Assembly (NCBI GenBank): GCA_964016885.1
Contig: OZ024743.1
Location: 360,964,001-361,028,000 of the forward strand
Source of the DNA: Eledone cirrhosa
Lineage: Eukaryota
Reading direction: 5' to 3'
Length of the DNA: 64,000 bases
The notes under the pieces are model-generated. The model was not told the DNA's origin, searched no databases, and was given only the letters and a program-made list of their open reading frames with translations. The translations under genes and the position numbers were made by a program. Positions 52,851-64,000 of this stretch are shown here, in pieces (within the stretch, counting starts at the first letter, position 1; every line of letters starts with the position of its first letter).

Positions 52851-54655
52851 TTTCACGAAGGATACGTGAGAATGGAAAAGCTACTCTGGCTTATCCGAAC
52901 TGTATAGATGTAGGTTGGGTGGTAGAAGTATCAAATTAAGATGGTGTTTTCTTTTTGTTTTTGTTAGTCTATGCTGTGATTGCTATTTGTTTTACAAATA
53001 TATATTAACGTCTTCTTTTTTGTAATGGCCGATGCATTACAGTTTTTACTGTTTGTTATCCTCTACAGCTTATTGTTTGTTATTTTCGCACGTATATCAC
53101 ATTTATACTGTACCCGACGCTTAGAAATCATTATTTATCCTGTTATTATTATTATGTATTATTCTCGTTTTCCTTTTAGTATAGAATATGATGCACCAGT
53201 TTTTATTTTCCTAATATATATAAAAAGTGTCTTTAAATTCAGTGTTACAATCTCATCAAACCAGTCGATCAGAGTCAACCATATTTCCGTAGATGATAGC
53301 GAAATATTATTTTATTATGGTGTCAACTCATACGTAGAGTTTCACAAACGAATTTACACCTGAATGCTTAGCACAAAACGTTATGGTAGCAATTGAAAGT
53401 TAAAAGCCAATATTTGAACATTCAAATTTAAAGAGAAACGAGTGGGGGCCACACATATACTTCTCCCAGGCAACCTAAATAGTGAATAAAAAAATTATCG
53501 ACTGCCAAGAAAATCATTAAACAAGACTATGTAAAATGTTACTATCGAAAGAAGGCCATATAATATCAAATAGAAAGCTGTATTATATACAATTTGCATT
53601 GTTACGTTCGTTTTCTGATCTTTTTATTCTTCAAATATCAACTGTTATATTAAACTGAGAATGTGTTTATACGCTGCAAAATAACAGCTATGTTTTTCAT
53701 AGTGTCTCAGATATCATTTAGAAAAGAAAGGGTTTTGAACTAATGCATTAGATCCGATTGATGCGCTATGTTGGTTTGCCATATAATACACGTAACAAAA
53801 CCTTTTACAAATACCTAACACATAATATTTGTAATTCTATCTACATCATCATATCTACCATATAACAAACACTTTCGAAGAGTAATAAAACTAAAAGCTT
53901 TTAGACTATTTATTTGCATAGCACACATCGTCATGTTGGTAATGGGTCATCACTTATAATATCTACATTATATCTTTTACGACATGTCTTTTATGTAATC
54001 TCCCTTTGAAAATTCTATCACTGAATAGGTGGAATTTGCTTTGCTGATATTTACAACCTGTGTGAATGACACCAATGAAAGCAAGGAATGATGAATATCG
54101 AGGAACAAGCATTTATATGCTTTCGTTTCAATTATTGAAGCTTCTACTCGGAATGCGGAAGTATTGTTCCGAATATTAACAGCTAAATTCGTCAGGGTTT
54201 TACAGATGGCATTTCGCTGAATAGATAGATTTCAGTTTTAATTTGAAACATCAACAGTCTTATGCATGCTACTGAATACAGACTTTTGCTTTCTCGAAAT
54301 AGAGGAATGTTTGAGAGAAATTAAATGAACAAACCAAATCCAAGACGTTTTACCCTTTAATGTTTACTGTTTAAATTGGCCATGTAAAGTTTACCAACTG
54401 TTTCTCTTTTCTCCACAGATACTCTTATTTTCTCTTACTTTTTCTTTTTTCTAATCCTACTATTTATTTTGTTACAATTTCTCATCTAGTAATTGAAAGC
54501 TCGAGTCTCATTCGCGATACATTCTGTAACATTTATCAGCCCTCTTCCTCCAAATATAATTATTATTTTTATTTTACACAAAAAAACACACTGTATCGTT
54601 ATTTATGTCTTTATTGTTGCCTTGATGTGAGTTCTGTGGGGCTAATAAAGTAGTA

Positions 54656-54656
<1 letters not shown>

Positions 54657-54716
<60 letters not shown>

Positions 54717-57700
54717 TTTCATTTATTAGCCACAAGTGCCGACATGTAGGGGACAATACAAATACAGGGACAGTGGGGGTTTACAATAAGGTCGAGTAAA
54801 AATGCACAATGGCAAGACTAATTTAACAATGAAAATATAAAAATATAAAATAAACTATGCATAAATATAACAAAATAAATTCCCTGATAGGGGGTGGACG
54901 ACCCTGGGGTGATTCGGGTACCCCATCAACCCTGAACCACCCTGCGCTTCTACGGCAGCCAGGAAGAGCACCCCTCTCCTCAAGTTAGCTAGCCTCTAGG
55001 CGCATGGTCAGAGTAGGCCCATTCACACGAGCCATTCTCGCCACATTCACCCACCTTTTAGCAAAAGTACTGGGGGGCAGCACTTCTCTCTCCACCCTCA
55101 CCTTCCTTTCCAGGTGAAATTTGAAGAGGTTGATGAGAGATTGGCCGAAGAGAAAAGTGTCTGTCTTTAGTCCTTTCAACCTGGTACACCATATAATCTC
55201 TTTCGCAACTTCCACCAGACAGAGGAAAATTCCTGCTCTTCCTGACCTAAGGAAAGCGGTGGATCGATCTTCACTATGGACTCGGCCGATAGCCGGATTC
55301 GTTCCACACGCGACAGTAGCTGTTCGACATAACTCCACAAGTCAGTAATGCACGGACATTGGACAAGTGCGTGCAGAACGGTTTCGTCGTTCTGTGCGCA
55401 TCTTGGGCAGGTCCGTCTGACAGCACTTCCGTGCACTGCCAAGCGAGGGATTCCGTGCACTGCCAAGCGAGGGATTTCTGGAAATTGTCCATCGTCCCCA
55501 GCTCAAAAGTCCTCCGGTACAGACTGGTCAGTTCGACTTCGTCGAGGCCCAAAGTTTCTCCGAGTGCGTCATCGCACTTGCCCACCACTAATCCTCTATA
55601 GAACTCGAGAGTGGAAGTTCCACTGATCGCATTGCCCGCTTGGTAGAGGGAAGTGAGTGCCTGGCAACAATCCAGGTGCCAGTCACCCAGTCTCGGTCTC
55701 TTCTTGACCCAGGACTGCAGCTCAGTCAAAGAAATGAGCTGCGGAAGGCCCGTCTGATAAACGGCGACCACGCCTGTTCACCGTTGAGGCAGAATATCTG
55801 GAGATTTCGCAGCCTAAACACATGTCTGCGCATCATTAGCCACGGCATTCCCAACCCTCCGCGTAGAGGGTGCTAGCAGCAGATGGACCGCCTCACCAAC
55901 GGAACTTGTCCCCTCCACAAGAATTTGAAGAGGAGCCGTTCCAACTTGACGAGGCGCGGACGAGGGCAAGGCACGGCGGTTAGGCGGTAGTAGATGACGG
56001 ACTCGATGTACGCAATCGCCACCTCCGCGCGACCTTTCAGTGATAGCATCCTCCCAGCCCATTTTGGGGTGAGACTGGCTACTCTGCTCGTTACCTCGTC
56101 CCTAATTTTTTTCCACCTGGAGGTCTGGTCCGAACCAAACCCCGAGCAACTTTACCGGTCCGTCCGTCCAGCGCCCCACGACGCTGTTGGACGGCATGGC
56201 CCTGCCTCTCCAGGTTCCGAGCTAAAAGTCCAGCGACTTTTCCGGGTTAAGTTTGGCTCCTGTCAACCTTTCATATTCCTTCAATAAGGTGCCGACCACC
56301 TCGATTTCTGAGGTGTTCGACACCATCACGGTGATGTCGTCCGCATAAGCTGACACCGCCTTTCCACGTCCCGGTTAGAGCTGGATGCCCTGCAACAGCT
56401 CCAGCCTCCGCAGTAAAGGCTCGAGAGTCAATACGTACAGAAGGGAAGAGAGAGGGCACCATTGACGGACCGATCGGGAGAGCCGAAATGGTTCCGAGAG
56501 GTGCCCATTAACCTTGACCACCGAGCGTGTGCCGCTGTGCATTGCAACGATCCAGCTTCTAAAGACAGGGCCGAAGCCAGCTGCTTTGAGGACAAACTCC
56601 AGATACCGATGGTCGACCCTATCGAATGCTTTCGATTGATCTAAATTGATCAGTGCCCCACCGAATCCAGGTTTACACCCTAACCTCTCTATGATGTATC
56701 GCATGAGGTGGAGATTGTCGTGTATGGACCTGGCTGGGATTGCGCAAGTTTGCGCCTCCCCAACCAAATCCTCGACGACAAGCGCCAATCTCTTTGCTAA
56801 CACCTTGGCCAAAATCTTAAACTCTGTGTTGAGCAGAATTATAGGCCTGAAGTTGTCTAATGTATCCCTCTTGTTCTCGTCTTTCCTTATCAGCGTCACC
56901 ACTCCCCTGCTCACAGAACTGGGAATACTCCCATTCTGCTGCCAGTTGCAGTAGAGTGCTTCGCGGAGTTCGGAGAACAAGTCTGACATATTTACGTAAA
57001 GCTCGTAGGGGTGCGCCTCATGCAGCCGACAAGGCTGAAGTAATCGGCCTTTCGCAGCGCTCATCGTCGACCGTCGAAATGCGCGGCAAGCCCTCAAGGT
57101 AGGGACTGAAATCCGCTACTCTCTCTGACTCGCCACTCTCCCTGAACAACCCAGCCAAATGCTGGCGAAAGGCCTCACACATCCGCTTGGAATCGCTTAT
57201 CTCGTGTCCGTCTCGGTCCGCCAAAGACCGAATTGTGGTGTTATTACCACGCTGCACCTCCGCCACGCGGGCCAATCGAACAGCTTTAGTTCCCTCGTTT
57301 CTCAGCGCACGCGCCTTAGCTCTGACAATGCAACCTTCGTGTTTGGCATTGAAGAAATGGTCTAATGCCATTCTCGCCGCTAGCACGTCAGTTGCGATGC
57401 CACCACAAATAGCCTCGTCCAACTTATCTACCAGCTCCCCCTCCTTTCTCTTTCTCTCTAACGCTAGTTCTTTGCTGAACTCTATCGAAGTTACTCTAAT
57501 CTCTCTTTTGAGAGCTCCCCACCATCTGTTGTTGATGATCCCCCCTGTCAACTTTTGCTTAACTAAATTGTTCACTAGGTCCCTGTAAGCCTTACTTGCC
57601 GGAAATGACATGTTCAGCTTCCAGTAACCCGGTCCTAACCTACGCATTTTATCTAGGTCGGCCGTACAGATCACAAATGTGTGATCTGAATAGGCGACCG

Positions 57701-60530
57701 TTTTAAAAAGTGGGCAGCCAACACTATTTCTATCTATTTTCCTAATGAAGATCCTGTCTATATACGATCTAGATGACCCCATTCGGTTGGTCCATGTCCA
57801 TACTGGCACATTGGGGAAATCTAGTCGATACCTGTCAGACAGTTGGAACTGGCTGAGTAGGTGCTTGAGGCTTTCGCACTCACCGCTCCTATCAGCTACT
57901 CCCACACACCCAGCGTGCGTCTTTGATGCCATTCCACTCCCAGCTAACAGTAAAGGGCGAGACATACCCAGAAAGGTCTCCAGGCGCCTAAAGAAATCAG
58001 GTCGTCCGGCCCCTGTAGGGGCGTAGGCGGCCAGCAGTCTAAAGGCACCACCTTCGCTACTGCTCACATCCAATACCACGAACTTACCGCCCGGGTCCCG
58101 GAAGATCGACCTTACCTCGAGATCCAGTCCTTTCCTAAACAGCACTGCCACCCCACCCACCCATTCCCGGCCTGCTAACAGATGCGAAGGTCTGATAGTC
58201 GTCGAAAATGGGGGCTAGTGCGCGCGGGTCAGAAATTCTAGTCTCGCTTACGGCAATCACATCCATTTCCAGCGACCGGAGGTCGATGAGCAGGCGACCC
58301 TGCTTCCAGGGTGACCCCAGGCCGCGAACATTTAAACTTCCTACTCTTAATATTGGTAAGCTAAGAGAGAGAGGGAAGGTTTACTTACCTCCCGGGTCTT
58401 GTGAAGGTCGGGTGGTTCGATCTCCATGGTTGGTGGGGTTTCTTTTGGGAACTCCTTTAAAATTCTTGATGTGGGTTTCACATTCGGGGTTCCCACGTCT
58501 TGAGGAAAGCTCTCTCGAATTTCTTTGAAGGAATTGAGTGACATTCGAACCAGAAGCAAATCTTCTGGCACGCAAAATGTACTCATTTCAAAAATCTCCC
58601 CCTCTGTTTGAATGTCCTCGCTTCGCGCTAAGAGGGCCATCAGTTTATCGTTGGCCTTTCTAACAAGCACGAAGTTTTTAACATTTTGTTGGTGTGGTTT
58701 TATTTGTTATCGTTTTGGTGAAGGTGGTGGCGATGGTTTTGGTCGTGTTGTTTCGGGTATGTCTGTGTTTGTTGTAGGTGTGGTATCTGCAATTTCAGGT
58801 ATTTGTGTGTTTATTTGTACTTGTGTTTGTTTAGGTTGTTTGCGTTTCGGGGATTGTGGAAGTGGTGTCGATGTTGCTGGTGGTGATGATGTTATTGGGG
58901 AAGTGTTTGCGTTAGTGGTGTCTGTATTTTTTGTTGTGTGTGTTTTTGTGTTTTGTTCGGGCTTTTTTTTGTGAGTTTTCTCTGTTTTTTTTTTTGCACT
59001 TTTGGGGTTTCCTTCATCTTCGCTGCTGGAAGACAAAGTGTCTGTGTCTGTGAGTGTCTCTGTGTCTGTGTGTGCGTTTATTGTTTTGTCTATGTGTATA
59101 ATGGGGGGAGTGGGAGAACTTTCCTCGTTTTCTCCTTGGATTGGTTTGGTGTTGGTGGTGATCCGGCTGCTTTTGATGTTGGTGTCCGTGTTTTTGTTGA
59201 TGTTGTTTTTGGTGGTGGTGGTGGTGCAGCCTTCCATACTGACACTGGCGTTGGCAACAAAGGAGGTTTGCGACCCCTTGCATTTTTGCGCTGAGGGCAG
59301 AAGGCTTGAAGATGCGTGGCTTCCCCGCAGACGAAGCAGCGTGGCCTTCTTCCGTCAATCATTAGTTGGATTGTTGTCCCGTCCTGCAGGCGGGCAAAAT
59401 CCGGGATGTTATTCATATCCTCCGGTTTCATTTGGAGAAGAATCTCCAAATCCATTCCGGACCAGTCCTCTCTCTCTCTGTCCTTTTGATGTCCAGGAGG
59501 GTAATGTCTGTCCCCTCCTCGATTACGCATCCCAGCAGCTACCATATTTTCATTCCTGGTGGGATGCTGGGAATGCGTACCTTCACTGTCCTTTTACCCA
59601 TATAGGACGGATGCATGACAATGCGTTCCGTTCTGCCGGGGGTCACCGAGTGCTTAATAGCGAGGGCCTCGGTTTTGAACAGTACCGAGATGGTACCGAA
59701 CTGTTTGCCTCTTGCTTTGTACTCTATGTTACATCCGATGTACTCCAAAGCAGCCTCTACCTCTGCTTGGCTCGCAAGTTCCACTTTTCGTGTCTGCACC
59801 GAAATACATCGAAAGAGCACCGTCCTCCTTTGCATGGCCGCTATTGCCTCGTCCGGGATGGTCAGGTTTGCTCAGGACTTCTCCCGTTTAATTAGCCTCC
59901 ACGTCTTTATCGCTAATATCAATATCAATATTCAATAAGCGCTTGGTTTTGCTGCTGCTGCAGCAAATGTGGTGTTTCTGATGCTCTTATTGTTGTTGTT
60001 GTCATTCTTGCTGTTGCCACCGCCATCCTTGTTTACATTGAAGATGTCGGTGTTATTGTCGTTATTGCTCTGAGTTGTTGTTGTGGTGGTGGTGGTGGTG
60101 GCGATGGTGGTGATGTCGTTTTCAGATGATACTTCTGCTATGGCAGAAGGTTGTGATGGTAGCTTTTGAGTTTTGCCTTCACATTCAGTAGAGTGGATGA
60201 CAGGCATGACTGTAGCCGTCGTAGTCGTGGTGAAATCTACAGTGGATGCCTTTAAACTTTTGACCTGAACGTTGTTTACCGTTTCAAGGTCGAACATTTC
60301 CATAATTTTCTTTTGGTGGGGAAGCAATTTTTTTTAGAAGTTTTTAAAAATAAATCTGAATATTCGGGCTTAAAGCCCGAATATTGAGAGGTATCCCTCT
60401 CTTTAAATCAAGATGTGTACCTTAAGTTTCGTTAACGACAAGAAAATACAAAAAAATTACACTTTAAAACAGCTTAAAGTTACGAACCTTTTCCCCCGCA
60501 GATTTGTACTGTCTTCACACATGTGCGGCC
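54657..60530 (-). mobile_element. Tx1-clade LINE family B, full-length but mutated, flanked by (TAA)n on both sides
   Basis: 5' end GGCCGCAC right after (ATT)n. ORF1 pieces at 58347-60327 include CFVCGEATHLQAFC. ORF2 spans about 54985-58350: LRVGSLNVRGL, SDH, WKLN, LDQSKAFDRVDH, AYADD, CPRC. 3' UTR and tail at 54657-54714. Confidence 0.95.
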
Positions 60531-60568
<38 letters not shown>

Positions 60569-62263
60569 CCTTGGGAGGCGTGCAGATCAAGAGAGGTATC
60601 TTCCAGGGAGATAGTATGTTCCCTCTGTTGTTTCTTCTTGCCCTCATAACTCTGACAATTATACTGCGAAAAGTGAGATCAGGATACAAGTTGGGAAAGG
60701 GAGAGCTTACCATCAATCACCTCCTCTTCATGGACGATCTTAAGCTCTTCGGGAAGAGTGAAAAGGAGTTCGATGTGCTTGTTGACACTGTCCGCATTTT
60801 CAGCAATGATATATGTATGCAATTTGGTATTAGTAAGTGTGGAGTCCTTGTGATGAATAGGGGTACATTGAGCAGAAACAACGGAATCCAGGTACCAACA
60901 GGTGAGATATTAAAGGATATTGACACTGAAGAAGGATAAAATATTTAGGTGTTCTGGAGGCAGATGGAACTAAGAACAAAGAAATGAAGGAATTGATAAG
61001 ATCTGAGTAAATTCGGAGAGTAAGGAGCGTATTAAAATCACATCTGAACAGTAGGAATGCCATAAGTGCAGTAAATTCCCGAGCTGTGTCTATTATTAGG
61101 TACAGTGCGGCAATTCTGAAATGGAATGTTGCTGAACAAAAAGAAATGGATAGGAAGACTAGGAAGCTATTGACTATCTACAACATGTTCCACAAGAGGA
61201 GTGATGTCGATAGACTCTACTTAAGGAGATCTGAAGGTGGAAGAGGTCTTATCAGCATAGAGGACTGTGTTCAGATGGAGAAAAGCAACCTACACAAATA
61301 CGTGACTGATAGCAGGGAGCCAATGATCAGAATTGTACTGAAGGAGAGGACAATAGACCAGGGTATGTCCAAGGAGGAAAGAAAAACAAGGAGGAAGAGC
61401 AACCTTCAGGAAAAATCCCTTCATAGTACCTTCTTTGAGAAAACTGAATTCAGAGATCCACAGACATGGAACTGGTTGAAAAGAGGAGACCTTAAAAAGG
61501 CTTCAGAAGGAATGCTAATGGCTGCGCAAGAGCAGGCCCTCAAAACCAAGTGGTTGAAACACCATATTTACAAGGAGGAGGCTAGCGCACTGTGTAGGAT
61601 CTGTGGAGAGAGAGAGGAGACTGTGGCTCACATTGTATCCGAGTGTAAACACCTAGCCCAAACTCACTATAAGGGCTGGAGACATGATGTGATGGAGAGG
61701 GTGTTCCACTGGCACCTATACAAAGTAAACAATTTTCCACATTCTGAGAAGTGGTATGAGCATAAGCCAGAGTCGGAGATAGAAAACGATCAGGTGAAGG
61801 TGCTGTGGGATTTTAGGATACAGACGGACAAGAAACTGGAACACAATAGACATGACCTGGTGGTTTTGGACAAGGAAAACAGATCGTGTCTGACAGTAGA
61901 TGTAGCCTGCCCATTCGACACGAGAGTACAAGAGATGGAAAGGGAGAAAATTAACCGATACCAGGACTTAAAGTGGGAGGTAAAAAGGATCTGGAACTGC
62001 CATGAAATCAAAGTGGTCCCGATTGTCATAGATGCACTAGGTACTATCTCAAAGTGTTTCCAAGGATGGTTAAAGAAAATTAGTCCAGCCCCACTTTTTG
62101 GAACACTTCAAAAGGCATGCTTGCTGGGAATAGCGAGATCCCTCCGATACGTCCTGTATATATGAGGCTGCAGGTAGTGGCTTGATATTCATTTCAACAA
62201 ACTTTCCAGTTAAATAACATCAATGACTGAGGCTCAAAGAACAATAATAATAGTAATAATAAT
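60569..62263 (+). mobile_element. R4/Dong-clade LINE, 5'-truncated (RT C-terminus, CCHC, RLE)
   Basis: RGIFQGDS, HLLFMDDLKL, RLYL.R.EGGRGL, CRIC..ET..HI.SEC, RHD, DVACP. (TAA)n on both sides. Confidence 0.95.
61086..62165 (+). CDS. Dong/R4 ORF C-terminal 359 aa (thumb-CCHC-RLE), part of a truncated pseudogene
   Basis: Open frame with the motifs above; the PD of the RLE motif reads HD in this copy. Confidence 0.7.
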   Translation: MSIIRYSAAILKWNVAEQKEMDRKTRKLLTIYNMFHKRSDVDRLYLRRSEGGRGLISIEDCVQMEKSNLHKYVTDSREPMIRIVLKERTIDQGMSKEERKTRRKSNLQEKSLHSTFFEKTEFRDPQTWNWLKRGDLKKASEGMLMAAQEQALKTKWLKHHIYKEEASALCRICGEREETVAHIVSECKHLAQTHYKGWRHDVMERVFHWHLYKVNNFPHSEKWYEHKPESEIENDQVKVLWDFRIQTDKKLEHNRHDLVVLDKENRSCLTVDVACPFDTRVQEMEREKINRYQDLKWEVKRIWNCHEIKVVPIVIDALGTISKCFQGWLKKISPAPLFGTLQKACLLGIARSLRYVLYI

Positions 62264-62947
62264 GATTTCTTCATTGGCCACAAGGGCTGACATCAAGAAA
62301 AACATTACAGACGGCACAGGACGGTTCGGTGTGGGTTTTGTGCGTGTAATGATTTTTATTATTTATATAAGAAAAGAAAAAAAAAAAAAAATTATATATA
62401 TATATATAAAAAATAAAAATGAAAATTAAAACGATGAAAAATTCCCCAATAGGGGGGATACCTCCGAGGTTTACTCGTGGCAAAAACCACACAAAAGACC
62501 ACGGCCACCCTGACCACCAGAGCAAGCGCCCGCTCTCAATTTTTCCATTTCTCATACTAAGGCGTATATTAGGAGCGGTCCCGTTCACTTGGACCATTCT
62601 CGCTACATTCACCCACCTTTCAAAAAACTTGCTAGAAGGCAGCACTTGCCTCTCCACCCTGATGTTTCTCTTCAAGTGAAACCTGAAACGGTTAATTAGG
62701 GATTGGCTGAAGAGGAAAGTGTCTGTCTTTAACACTTTCAACCTTGTCCACCACAGAATCTCTTTGGCCATAGCCACCAGGCGGATGAAAACCGCCTGCC
62801 CTTCCTCCTCGAAGGAAGACGGCGAGACCATCTGCACAATGGACTCAGTCGATAACCGGATCAATCCTACACGCGAAAGAAACTGGTCGACATAGCTCCA
62901 CAGTCAGCAATGCTCGAGCACTGAACGAGTGTGTGCACAACGGTTTC
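62264..62947 (-). mobile_element. Tx1-clade LINE (third subfamily) 3' fragment
   Basis: ETVVHTLVQC..AMAKEILWWTRLK..ERWV; 3' UTR ends CCCTTGTGGCCAATGAAGAAATCATTATTA. Confidence 0.88.
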
Positions 62948-64000
62948 AGATCTTATCAATTCCTTCATTTGTTTGTTCATGATGTCATCTGCCTCCAGAA
63001 CACCTAAATATTTGTATCCTTCTTCAATGTCAATTTCCTTTATCATCTCACCTGTTAGTACATGGATTTCGTTGTTTCTGCCCAATTTACCCCTCTTCAT
63101 CACTAGGACTCCACACTTATTAATACCAAATTCCATACATATATCATTGCCAAAATTACGGACAGTGTCAACAAGTACATCCAACTCGTTCTCACTCTTC
63201 CCAAAGAGTTTAAGAACGTCCATGAAGAGGAGGTGGCTGATGGTAAGCTATCGTCTTCCCAACTTGTATCCTGCTCTCACTATTCGCAATATAACATACA
63301 GGGGTATCAGGGCAAGGGCAAACACCAGAGGGGAGAAACTATCTCCCGGGAAGATAACTCTCTTGCACGTCACGCCACCCAAGGATTCTCCATCTGATGT
63401 TAACTGTTTCACAGCAATTCATACTTTTGCTCAACAACTCTCTGATGTTATCTGCCACCTTGTAGATCTCTCGGCTTTTGGTTATCCAAGAATGAGGTAC
63501 CATGTCGAATGCCTTTTTGTAGTCTATCCATCCCATGGCAAGACCAGTGCGTCTCCTCTTGCAATTCCTCATTACAAACTTATCAACAATTAACTGGTCT
63601 TTTGTACCACGGTACTTCTTTTGGTATCCTTTCTGTTCGTCCGGTAACAAGATGTTTATGTGGAGGTGATGTTATATTTCCTCAGACACAATGCTTGTTA
63701 ACAGTTTGCACATTACGGACAGACATGTGATAGGTCTATAGTTGGTAACATCATTCCAATTGATTCGGTCTTTCATTACCAGAACTGTGGTACCTTTTGT
63801 CAACCATTCTGCTACCTCACCCGACATCAAGCAGTCATTCAACATGGTTGTCAATTTCGGGTGGAGGGATGTTATATTTTGTATCCAATACCCCTGCACA
63901 CCATCTGGGCCTGGTGATTTCCAGTTGGTTAGCTTTTTGGCCTGCCCTGTAAGAGTTTCAACTGTGATAGTCAAATCAGTTTGTTGGTGTGCTTGTTCAC
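62945..64000 (-). mobile_element. R4/Dong-clade RT core fragment (runs off the window)
   Basis: WKSPGPDGVQGYW, YRPITCL, EQKG, WIDYKKAFDMVPHSW, HLLFMD, YKYLG. Confidence 0.92.

Noticed and set aside
54110-54200. CUGACGA...GAAA on the minus strand around an imperfect hairpin
   Set aside because: No UH triplet or stem I.
55427-55474. 24-bp tandem duplication in Tx1 ORF2 (SLAWQCTE twice)
   Set aside because: Ordinary slippage or decay in a dead copy.

Overview
This is eukaryotic (animal) repeat-rich DNA. It is AT-rich, saturated with (TA)n, (CA)n, (GA)n, (TAA)n and (TTC)n microsatellites, and carries a tRNA-headed SINE. That style suggests an octopod cephalopod, but this is inference. No host protein-coding gene could be supported, and most short ORFs in the track are microsatellite or antisense artefacts. 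The window is dominated by decayed retroelements: (i) two large nests (5.9-19.0 kb and 54.7-64 kb) of Tx1/L1-clade LINEs and R4/Dong-clade RLE LINEs, nearly all with an end in a (TAA)n:(TTA)n tract, the two clades in opposite orientations relative to the tract, including direct Tx1-Dong fusions; (ii) several Penelope-like element (PLE) remnants whose pseudo-LTRs carry minimal type I hammerhead ribozyme folds that the ORF track cannot show (at least 5 good and 4 decayed candidates), mostly next to (TA)n; (iii) five copies of a SINE whose 3' tail matches the Tx1 3' end; (iv) fragments of RTE, CRE-like, mariner, hAT and Helitron elements. The most interesting signals are the hammerhead cluster, the strand-polarised sharing of one microsatellite by two LINE clades with head-to-head chimeras, and the apparent SINE-Tx1 partnership. 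All alignments and folds were done by eye.
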